A DNA stretch of 8,808 nt from a virus. Its lineage: Duplodnaviria > Heunggongvirae > Uroviricota > Caudoviricetes. Shown here one piece after another: positions 1 to 6,011 of the stretch (positions within the stretch are counted from its first letter, which is position 1; every line of letters begins with the position of its first letter). Both the position numbers and the translations under genes were made by a program. Below the pieces are notes generated by a model. That model searched no databases. It was not told where the DNA came from and worked only from the letters and a program-made list of their open reading frames with translations. Where the stretch lies: IMG/VR virus record IMGVR_UViG_2706794492_000011. The stretch is one strand, 5' to 3'.

Positions 1-551
1 CTGCGGCGGTTCTGGTAGCGGCATCCAGTGTGACGGTTTCCACGACGCACCAGGAATTATCCACCCATCATTAGCGTCAGGATGCCCCGGGATGTAAGTA
101 GCCCATTTCATTCGCCAGTCACCTTTCCTGTCAAACTCCACGGCAACAAGAACGGCTGTTTTGGTATTCGGCATTCGCTCACTACAGCTTATCCAACCAT
201 CCGGAGTTACCGGAGAATTGCCAGCCTTGCGCATAGCAATCTCCATGATTTCAACCATATCTCCNNNNNNNNNNNNNNNNNNNNNNNNNNNNNNNNNNNN
301 NNNNNNNNNNNNNNNNNNNNNNNNNNNNNNNNNNNNNNNNNNNNNNNNNNNNNNNNNNNNNNNNNNNNNNNNNNNNNNNNNNNNNNNNNNNNNNNNNNNN
401 NNNNNNNNNNNNNTTCTGCTTCCAGCGATGCCAGTGCAATTTTGAATAACTCGCCCTCTACCCGTGCCATCCCTGAATTGGGGTAGCATTTCGCAATCGC
501 TATTTTTAATTTGGCTTCTTCGATTAATTTCTCTTTGGTTAATTCAGTCAC
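1..551 (-). CDS. DUF551-type phage protein; N-terminal part 414-551 and C-terminal domain 1-264 separated by the N gap; 3' end lies beyond window start
   Basis: Minus-strand reading of 264->1 is open to the window edge and translates to ...EIAMRKAGNSPVTPDGWISCSERMPNTKTAVLVAVEFDRKGDWRMKWATYIPGHPDANDGWIIPGASWKPSHWMPLPEPPQ, which fits the DUF551 signature as I recall it (GWIS...MP...WMPLPEPP). The N-terminal piece MTELTKEKLIEEAKLKIAIAKCYPNSGMARVEGELFKIALASLEAE starts at GTG 551. The frame relationship across the N run cannot be determined, so one gene versus two is unresolved. Confidence 0.5.
265..413. other. assembly gap or masked sequence (149 consecutive N)
   Basis: Uninterrupted run of N from 265 to 413, seen directly. 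Confidence 0.95.
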
Positions 552-586
552 TTTTCATTACCGCCCTTTCGGGCGGCCTCCTGACA

Positions 587-799
587 TTAATCGTTGTGAT
601 AACTCATAGCTTCATTTGCAGCATCAACTGGATCAACATCCCACCAGCAATAATTTGGGTCGACACCTTCAGGTGTCCACGGCTCTAATTCATTTTTTGC
701 CGCATTCTCGTCGCCAGTAATTTTAAAAATCTGCTCTGAGAACTTTTTCACCCACTCGTTATATTTTTCAGCGTTAATAACTTTCTGTGCGTTTGACAT
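587..799 (-). CDS. hypothetical small acidic protein (70 aa)
   Basis: ORF with GGAGG 7 nt upstream of the ATG at 799 (minus-strand context GGAGGTATATCA-ATG). Same strand and tight spacing with neighbouring genes. No family recognised. Confidence 0.6.
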   Translation of the reverse strand: MSNAQKVINAEKYNEWVKKFSEQIFKITGDENAAKNELEPWTPEGVDPNYCWWDVDPVDAANEAMSYHND

Positions 800-847
800 T
801 GATATACCTCCGGTTAAGGATTAAATTTTTAACAGAGCTAAATTTAA

Positions 848-1204
848 TTATTCAGTTCTGGATTTTGTCACCCTGCGTATCCGCGCTTTCACGTTACGCT
901 CAATCTGAATTAGCTTTTCTATATTTCTCCGCCTTTCCCGTTCCTCCTGGCGCAAGATCCTTACATCATCTGCCAGTCTGGTTTCTCTTTTCGCCACAGA
1001 GAGCATCCAGTCAAATGGCTCCACAACTGCACCGCAGATTTTACAGCGGACCTGACGCTCTTTTTCGTCAACCCGAACAGAGGCGTGATGACAATATGCT
1101 CTTTCCGATGGCTCATAAAGAAAATTAACCTGATTACGTGGGTCATCCTCTTTTACCGGAAATAAAACGATATTGCTTAACTCATCTTCTGGTTTTATTT
1201 CCAT
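848..1204 (-). CDS. hypothetical protein with putative zinc-ribbon (C-H-H...C-x2-C) and basic C-terminal helix
   Basis: Track ORF 848-1264 begins with GTG overlapping the upstream stop (GTGA), but an internal ATG at 1204 is preceded by AAGGAG (AAGGAGAAGAGC-ATG), so 1204 is the preferred start. Product MEIKPEDELS...YCHHASVRVDEKERQVRCKICGAVVEPFDWM...RRVTKSRTE. Confidence 0.55.
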   Translation of the reverse strand: MEIKPEDELSNIVLFPVKEDDPRNQVNFLYEPSERAYCHHASVRVDEKERQVRCKICGAVVEPFDWMLSVAKRETRLADDVRILRQEERERRRNIEKLIQIERNVKARIRRVTKSRTE

Positions 1205-1260
1205 GCTCTTCTCCTTTGATGTGAATGCCAGCGACAATTGAAGCCTGATAGCTAATTCAC

Positions 1261-1656
1261 TCACAATACCGCCTCCTGAAAATTGCCCTGATAGAACGCC
1301 AGTACACGCAGCATAACTTCACTCTTCCGGCACTCGCCACAGATTATGTTCTGTTGTCTGTCGTAGCGGCGTATTTCTCCGTCTGGTAACTTTCGAATCA
1401 ATGTCTGGTCGGTTGTTTTCTCCGCTGCCTTACGCCATACGCGATACACCTGTTCTGATGTAAAAACACCGTATTTACCGGGCATGTATAAATCGCCGCA
1501 AGCCAGTACATCCACAAGGCAACGTCTGACTGAATGCCAGCCTGCTCCCGTCGCTCTCTCCAGTTGTGATATCGTCATGCGTTCATTTTTGCGTACCAGC
1601 CCGATAATTCGGGCCTTCAGTTCTTCACGCTGTTCGTGTGTAAAAGGTTTCGCCAT
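1261..1656 (-). CDS. hypothetical winged-helix (HTH) protein
   Basis: ORF 1261-1671; preferred start is ATG at 1656 (MAKPFTHEQ...) preceded by GGAGG with 5-nt spacing. The GGAGG sits between the upstream gene stop (1672-1674) and this start. Contains an HTH-like segment MTISQLERATGAGWHSVRRCLVDVL. Confidence 0.6.
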   Translation of the reverse strand: MAKPFTHEQREELKARIIGLVRKNERMTISQLERATGAGWHSVRRCLVDVLACGDLYMPGKYGVFTSEQVYRVWRKAAEKTTDQTLIRKLPDGEIRRYDRQQNIICGECRKSEVMLRVLAFYQGNFQEAVL

Positions 1657-1671
1657 AAGCGCCTCCGGCAA

Positions 1672-2442
1672 TCACTTTTCCGACACAATACGACCGGATG
1701 AATCGACAATCTGCCGAACAATATCCCGGTGCTTGTTCAGCTCCCGCAGCGCGGCGCAGACACGCTCCCACTTCTGAACCTGACCTTTTGCCCGGCGCAG
1801 CTCGCGGTTAGCCACATGCAGCGATGGTAAAATCAGACCATCCGGATGTTTTCTGGTGAACAACGGCTGTGACTGCACTGTGACCGCCACAGTTTCTGTT
1901 TTATTTTCTTCCTGTGTTGCGGCTTCCCGGACTGGTAACGCAGCACCTGCTGGCTGAGGAAAGGCCTTACCATCACTTTCCGTTACCAGCGCGGCTTTCG
2001 GCTCTGCTGGTAAATTATCGCCCGGCATGCAGTAACGAAATTTACCGTTCTGATTAACGCGTGCCAGCCGCCCCGTTGCGGTTACCACCGCCAGCGCGGA
2101 AGCAACCTTGCGAGTACTGACACCGAACTTACCCGCCAGTTCCTCACACGTTTTAGCCCCATCCTGACCGATAAACTCAATCATCATGTCTGCGGTAACT
2201 TTTTGTTCGACCTCCCTGGTCAGCATATCCTGTGCTTCAGATTTTACTGGCCGCTCTTCGGTTACCCCGGATTCACCTTCGCCAGCCAGAAACCAGGTGT
2301 GACCCGTTTTATCAACAACGCTATTTTTTTTGAGTTCCCACAGTTCGTTGAGAACTTCTTCACGGCTGATATCAAGCCGCGCCGCCAGTTCAACAGAATT
2401 GGCTTTACCCATCGCTTTCAGTGCATGCAATACGGTTTCCAT
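1672..2442 (-). CDS. hypothetical protein with two winged-helix-like modules separated by acidic and Pro/Ala-rich linkers
   Basis: 256-aa ORF; ATG at 2442 preceded by GGAGG (minus-strand context GGAGGAAATTTTA-ATG). Two HTH-like segments (NSVELAARLDISREEVLNELWEL and KTCEELAGKFGVSTRKVASALAVV). Directly downstream of the DnaC-like gene. Confidence 0.7.
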   Translation of the reverse strand: METVLHALKAMGKANSVELAARLDISREEVLNELWELKKNSVVDKTGHTWFLAGEGESGVTEERPVKSEAQDMLTREVEQKVTADMMIEFIGQDGAKTCEELAGKFGVSTRKVASALAVVTATGRLARVNQNGKFRYCMPGDNLPAEPKAALVTESDGKAFPQPAGAALPVREAATQEENKTETVAVTVQSQPLFTRKHPDGLILPSLHVANRELRRAKGQVQKWERVCAALRELNKHRDIVRQIVDSSGRIVSEK

Positions 2443-2471
2443 TAAAATTTCCTCCGGATAAAAATTACTTC

Positions 2472-3212
2472 TCAGTTCCTGTGCTGGCTGACGTTCGGAC
2501 GCCAGCTCTCCCAGTTAAACGTCACCCAGCGACCTCCGTTCATGGACATGCGGTCCATCACCCGCTCGCCGAGAAGTGTATTCATCGCTGCATGATTAAG
2601 ATTTGTCAGCATCCCCACACTGAGTAACGATGCCGTTCTGCGGTCAACAATCTGATTAAGCGTGACCTGCTCATTACGCGTATCCCGCTGCATGCCAATT
2701 TCATCCAGGACCAGCAAATCCACCCCGCAAAGCTCCTGTAAAAATTTTTCACCTGATTTGCCGTTGTCGTAACTGTCGTGCAACACACTCATGACATCAG
2801 ACACAGTGATGATAATTACGCTGCGCCCCTTCTCCATCAGCCGATTGCCTATCGCCGCCGCCAGGTGGTTTTTTCCTGTGCCAGGCCGGCCACTGAACAC
2901 AAAATTCGTACAGCCGCCTTCCAGCTCTGCCGCAATGGATTTCGCCTGACTCAGGGCATGGCGCTGACCAGCGTTCTGCACCCGGTAGTTACAGAACGTA
3001 CACTTCCGGTGAAGCGGCTGGATACCGGAGCGGTTAATGATTTTTTCAACCCGCGTCTGATGATTCAGACGATTAACCTCCTCGCTTCGCTTACGCCCTT
3101 CAGCAAGCTGCCATTCCCGCCACTCCGCCACCGTACGGTACGGAGGGATTGCATCCTGCGGCACAAATCTGCTGATTCTTGCCAGAACACCACCTGACGT
3201 AATGTTTTTCAT
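2472..3212 (-). CDS. prophage DnaC-like replicative helicase loader (IstB-like AAA+ ATPase)
   Basis: 246-aa product with Walker A GRPGTGKNHLAAAIG and Walker B LLVLDEIG; collinear similarity along its length to E. coli DnaC as recalled (…NRSGIQPLH…CTFCNYRV…IVDRR…GMLTNLN…LGERVMDRM…). Lies 6 nt downstream of the initiator gene. Confidence 0.9.
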   Translation of the reverse strand: MKNITSGGVLARISRFVPQDAIPPYRTVAEWREWQLAEGRKRSEEVNRLNHQTRVEKIINRSGIQPLHRKCTFCNYRVQNAGQRHALSQAKSIAAELEGGCTNFVFSGRPGTGKNHLAAAIGNRLMEKGRSVIIITVSDVMSVLHDSYDNGKSGEKFLQELCGVDLLVLDEIGMQRDTRNEQVTLNQIVDRRTASLLSVGMLTNLNHAAMNTLLGERVMDRMSMNGGRWVTFNWESWRPNVSQHRN

Positions 3213-3218
3213 GATGCG

Positions 3219-4187
3219 CTACCCCCTGAACCCCGGCGGAATTTCGGTATCCGGTTCAGAAATATGATTCACGCAACGCTGCGCGGGCGAACGCCCCAGG
3301 CGAATAACCAGCTCATCCCATTTTTCCCGGAGTTTTGCCGGACTCATGATGTTTTTTACCCAGAACGAATCCCGTTGAACACGCCCAAACATTTCACAAA
3401 TCTGTCGGTGACTACGTCCATCCAGCATACGCATCATGCGCACATCATTCGCCCAGGTCGTCCAGTTAGGCTCTCTGGGGCGTGATACCTCCCCATCATC
3501 ACTGGCGGCCTGTTCATACAACGCAACAACCCGTCCCCAGATCCACTGTGCACACGTCAAATCCTCCCGGGTTCCCCACTGTCGCTTCGGTACATTCCAG
3601 GTATGCGCATCCGGGTGTTTCTCCAGAAATCGCTCAACTGGTGATGATTGTTTTTCGTCCGGCAGTGAAACGTCCGGACAAGAAGATCTTTTATCTGACG
3701 GATCAGGTTTTAATACTGACGGATCGGGGTCAATCATCGCCCCCCTAATCCGCAGTTTTTTATCAACAGTTGATCCATCAACATTTGACGGGCCAACCGT
3801 TGAGGGGGCAATATTTGACGGGTCATTTTTTGCCTGGCTAATTTTTCTTTTTGGTTTATATGCCTCACGCGCCGCCGCTGCAGCTGCTTCAAGTTTTTCC
3901 ACATTAAGCCGATAGATATTGCTTACGTTACGCCCACCGACCTTACGCTCTTCCTTCGTCAGCCAGCCCTCTTTCGCCAGTTCTGCAATAGCCGATTTCA
4001 CTGTGGATTCACTTCTTGCACCGATCTGACGCCGGATAGTTTCAATGGCAGGCCATGACACGCCCTCGTCATTGCTGTAGTCTGCAAGACGGGCCATAAC
4101 CGCCACCCTGGATAAGATCATGCCGGTGAAGGCGCACCCTTCCCAGACAAGACCATGAAGCTTGCTGCTCATAAAACCCCCGAACAC
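3219..4187 (-). CDS. phage replication initiator (lambda O-like / DnaT-like C-terminus): N-terminal winged helix, DPS-repeat linker, C-terminal domain
   Basis: 322-aa ORF; start is GTG at 4187 or ATG at 4172 (MSSKLHGLVW...). N-terminal HTH-like segment LSRVAVMARLADYSNDEGVSWPAIETIRRQIGARSESTVKSAIAELAKEGWL; linker with repeated DPS/PS motifs; position immediately upstream of the DnaC-like gene. Confidence 0.75.
   Translation of the reverse strand: MFGGFMSSKLHGLVWEGCAFTGMILSRVAVMARLADYSNDEGVSWPAIETIRRQIGARSESTVKSAIAELAKEGWLTKEERKVGGRNVSNIYRLNVEKLEAAAAAAREAYKPKRKISQAKNDPSNIAPSTVGPSNVDGSTVDKKLRIRGAMIDPDPSVLKPDPSDKRSSCPDVSLPDEKQSSPVERFLEKHPDAHTWNVPKRQWGTREDLTCAQWIWGRVVALYEQAASDDGEVSRPREPNWTTWANDVRMMRMLDGRSHRQICEMFGRVQRDSFWVKNIMSPAKLREKWDELVIRLGRSPAQRCVNHISEPDTEIPPGFRG
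3695..3860. repeat. putative replication origin: four 10-bp iteron-like direct repeats plus AT-rich tract, inside the initiator gene
   Basis: CTGACGGATC at 3695-3704 and 3716-3725 (21-bp spacing); TTGACGGGCC at 3785-3794 and TTGACGGGTC at 3815-3824 (30-bp spacing); palindrome TCAACAGTTGA about 3763-3773; AT-rich stretch about 3826-3860 (TTTTTTGCCTGGCTAATTTTTCTTTTTGGTTTATAT). Matches the lambda-type arrangement of ori within the O gene linker. Confidence 0.45.
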
Positions 4188-4194
4188 CGTGCTT

Positions 4195-4620
4195 TTAGTG
4201 CATCACCACAGCATTCCCTGCCGGGCCGCCGCGATTCATCTGGTCATACAAAACAACCGCTGACGCAACAAAATCATCGACATCCTTCACCAGCCGATCC
4301 CTCCGTTCGACGATCTCACGGTAATATTCAGAACTGTGGCTGCGCATACGGGCCACCAGCAAAGGCGGCATCGCCTTTTCGATCGCCGGTAACAGAGCCT
4401 GCATTTTTTCAACAGCATCAGGGGTGTCTTTCTCTACCCAGCGGAAAATTTTCTGGGTATTGCGAGCCAGGGCTTCCGGATGGCTGTCGTCATACAGTTC
4501 TGGGAACGTCATACCCAACTCAAAATAAGCCTGGGTTATTCCAGCTGCTGGAACTTTTTCGCCATCAGGACGCGCCCAGGCATTCATCGCCATGCGGATG
4601 TGTTCATGCTTGATTTTCAT
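4195..4620 (-). CDS. ydaT: YdaT-family protein (Rac-prophage YdaT-like; reported as toxin or CII-like regulator)
   Basis: 141-aa ORF beginning MKIKHEHI..., ATG at 4620 with GGAG about 7 nt upstream; overlaps the upstream YdaS-like gene by 17 nt; position (Cro-like, YdaT, replication genes) as in Rac. Confidence 0.7.
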   Translation of the reverse strand: MKIKHEHIRMAMNAWARPDGEKVPAAGITQAYFELGMTFPELYDDSHPEALARNTQKIFRWVEKDTPDAVEKMQALLPAIEKAMPPLLVARMRSHSSEYYREIVERRDRLVKDVDDFVASAVVLYDQMNRGGPAGNAVVMH

Positions 4621-4879
4621 GAATCAACTCCGGTGTATTTTGTGTGTTAGCCTTATCTCCAGCAGGCAACCCGTCGGTTGGATTCGGATATAAATCTGGT
4701 CGCAATTCATGAGGAGTCACCCCAGTTGCAATATAAATTTGACGAACCCGCTCCCCTGTCGGCACTCGACCATTGTATTCATTTGCCCATTTGTGTATTT
4801 GAGACGGCCAAGCCCCTATTGCACGCCCTAGCGGACGAATACCACCAGCAATCTTTATTGCCTTGTCCAATGCTGTCAT
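4604..4879 (-). CDS. ydaS: Cro-like HTH regulator, YdaS family
   Basis: 91-aa ORF MTALDKAIKIAGGIRPLGRAIGAWPSQIHKWANEY...; GGAGG 4 nt upstream of ATG at 4879; first gene of the leftward operon, divergent from the repressor gene. Confidence 0.7.
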   Translation of the reverse strand: MTALDKAIKIAGGIRPLGRAIGAWPSQIHKWANEYNGRVPTGERVRQIYIATGVTPHELRPDLYPNPTDGLPAGDKANTQNTPELIHENQA

Positions 4880-4906
4880 ACAACCTCCAATTCAATCAGC
4901 CACAAC

Positions 4907-4935
4907 ATTGTTCACTTAAAGAGAACATAAGTCAA
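4907..4935 (-). promoter_or_regulatory. putative early (PR-like) promoter with operator in the spacer: -35 TTGACT (4935..4930), -10 AACAAT (4912..4907), operator TGTTCACTTAAAGAGAACA (4909-4927)
   Basis: Read on the minus strand: TTGACT-17 nt-AACAAT, about 25 nt upstream of the ydaS RBS. The 19-bp imperfect palindrome (half-sites TGTTC...GAACA) occupies the spacer. Near-identical to the module at 5437-5465. Confidence 0.5.
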
Positions 4936-4946
4936 CACTACGAGGA

Positions 4947-4984
4947 ATTGTTAGTGTTCACTGAACGGTTATAATTGCTAAATG
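4947..4984 (+). promoter_or_regulatory. putative repressor-maintenance (PRM-like) promoter: -10 TATAAT at 4970-4975 about 7 nt before the repressor ATG; adjacent palindrome GTTCACTGAAC (4955-4965)
   Basis: Perfect TATAAT hexamer ending 6 nt before ATG 4982 with no Shine-Dalgarno in between, implying a leaderless mRNA. Weak -35 TTGTTA at 4948-4953. Shares the TGTTCAC half-site with the operator. Confidence 0.4.
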
Positions 4985-5371
4985 GACATGAGAAAAAAGC
5001 AATACGACACCCCGCTGGCAGAAAGGTTAGATACGATCTCGCAACAGCATCATTTAAGCGGTTCAGATTTAGCGCGCATCGCTGGTGTAGGACGCTCATC
5101 AGTCAACGCCTGGAAAAAAAGAGGGACAATCAGTAAAGATTCCGCAGCCAAAATTGCAGAAGCGACAAATGTTTCCCTTTCCTGGCTACTGACAGGAAAA
5201 GAAGATACAAACAGAGAGGCGCTTGATGATGATGAGAAAGCCCTGCTTGATGTTTACAGAAACCTGCCACCTGTAGAGCGTAGAAATATGCTGGCAGCTT
5301 TTCAAATGCGCCTTCAAAAACTGACCGAATTTTACTCAGAATACGTTGACCCAATAACGCGACAAAAATAA
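4982..5371 (+). CDS. dicA: XRE-family phage repressor (DicA/RacR-like): N-terminal HTH plus C-terminal helical domain
   Basis: 129-aa ORF with HTH segment LSGSDLARIAGVGRSSVNAWKK; divergent from the Cro-like gene; followed by terminator and the dicF-dicB arm as in Qin. The symbol is by analogy and recalled similarity, not a database hit. Confidence 0.75.
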   Translation: MDMRKKQYDTPLAERLDTISQQHHLSGSDLARIAGVGRSSVNAWKKRGTISKDSAAKIAEATNVSLSWLLTGKEDTNREALDDDEKALLDVYRNLPPVERRNMLAAFQMRLQKLTEFYSEYVDPITRQK

Positions 5372-5392
5372 TTCTTTATTTTACAAAACAAT

Positions 5393-5415
5393 ACCGCCGG
5401 AAGGCGGTTTTTTTT
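5393..5415 (+). terminator. Rho-independent terminator downstream of the repressor gene
   Basis: ACCGCC-GGAA-GGCGGT perfect 6-bp GC-rich stem with tetraloop, followed by a run of 8 T (5408-5415). Confidence 0.8.
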
Positions 5416-5436
5416 GCCTCTTGCGCATTCACAATG

Positions 5437-5465
5437 TTGACATATGTTCATCTTAAGAGAACAAT
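5437..5465 (+). promoter_or_regulatory. putative promoter of the ydfA-dicF-dicB arm (PL-like) with operator in the spacer: -35 TTGACA (5437-5442), operator TGTTCATCTTAAGAGAACA (5445-5463), -10 AACAAT (5460-5465)
   Basis: Consensus TTGACA, 17-nt spacer, AACAAT. Spacer is 13/17 identical to the ydaS promoter spacer; operator is 16/19 identical to 4909-4927. Confidence 0.55.
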
Positions 5466-5540
5466 ATATCCCATCAAAGCACAACGGTGCGACAGGTCTT
5501 AGTTCCGCCCCCCCCGGCGTTAAGGGCAAATGAGGTCAAC

Positions 5541-5693
5541 ATGGATACGCTCAATCTTGGCAACAACGAATCTCTGGTATGTGGCGTGTTTCCCAATCAG
5601 GACGGCACGTTTACCGCGATGACGTATACCAAAAGTAAAACGTTTAAAACCGAAGCTGCCGCGCATCGCTGGTTAGCCAGAAACGCTAACTGA
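5541..5693 (+). CDS. DUF1391-family small protein (YdfA/YdaF-like), 50 aa
   Basis: MDTLNLGNNESLVCGVFPNQDGTFTAMTYTKSKTFKTEAAAHRWLARNAN; GAGG 6 nt upstream of ATG 5541. The track ORF 5487-5693 extends upstream over the promoter and is not favoured. Matches recalled YdfA/YdaF proteins. Confidence 0.6.
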   Translation: MDTLNLGNNESLVCGVFPNQDGTFTAMTYTKSKTFKTEAAAHRWLARNAN

Positions 5694-5953
5694 TTAGCGC
5701 CAGTAAAAACAGGTTTCCACAGGTTAATTTACCCTGAAAAGTCAGGGCATAACACGAAAGCGCACGGCGAGATCCCTTTGCATATAAGTCTTGCCGTTAA
5801 ATTTCTTCGACCGTGCGCTTCTGGTTGTGGCAATCCGCGAAATGGCGCGGCGGTAAGTATGGCGGGGTTATTCCTTCCCCTTGAGGACACCGGGTTGTCA
5901 GGCTGACCATACGCTTAAGTGACAACCCCGCTGCAACGCCCTCTGTTATCAAT

Positions 5954-6011
5954 TTTCTGGTGACGTTTGGCGGTATCAGTTTTACTCCGTGACTGCTCTG
6001 CCGCCCTTTTT
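5954..6011 (+). ncRNA. dicF: DicF small RNA (ftsZ-targeting sRNA of Qin-type prophages)
   Basis: TTTCTGGTGACGTTTGGCGGTATCAGTTTTACTCCGTGACTGCTCTGCCGCCCTTTTT matches E. coli DicF as I recall it; ends in a GC-rich segment plus T5; about 170 nt upstream of a dicB homologue. Exact ends are approximate. Confidence 0.6.

Noticed and set aside
82-486. Plus-strand ORFs 82-486 and 161-445 and minus-strand ORF 251-439 from the track
   Set aside because: They exist only because the run of N (265-413) is translated as X; there is no real evidence for an open frame across the gap.
464-1777. Plus-strand ORFs 464-688, 787-1128 and 1484-1777, and minus-strand ORF 961-1146
   Set aside because: Antisense to or overlapping the tightly packed minus-strand genes; no RBS; odd composition.
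2203-4613. Plus-strand ORFs antisense to the replication genes (2203-2445, 2421-2627, 2778-3197, 3264-3485, 3436-3915, 3482-3748, 4155-4613) and minus-strand ORF 2606-2788
   Set aside because: Each overlaps a well-supported minus-strand gene (DnaC-like, initiator, YdaT) and none has a credible RBS or a recognisable product.
5393-5415. Terminator considered as bidirectional (also ending the leftward arm)
   Set aside because: On the minus strand the stem is not followed by a clean U-tract, and the convergent geometry does not require it; called plus-strand only.
4678-5529. ORFs 4678-4974 (+), 5130-5354 (-) and 5332-5529 (-)
   Set aside because: 4678-4974 is antisense to the YdaS-like gene and runs through the operator region; 5130-5354 is antisense to the repressor gene; 5332-5529 spans the terminator and promoter.
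5487-5693. Longer 68-aa version of the DUF1391 ORF starting at 5487
   Set aside because: The upstream extension (MRQVLVPPPPALRANEVN) lies just downstream of the proposed promoter and has no RBS; the internal ATG at 5541 has a GAGG RBS and gives the family-typical 50-aa protein.
5694-5953. Possible ydfB/ydfC-like small genes between the DUF1391 gene and DicF
   Set aside because: Only very short start-containing frames (16 codons or fewer) are present; treated as non-coding leader, though a micro-peptide cannot be excluded without a search.
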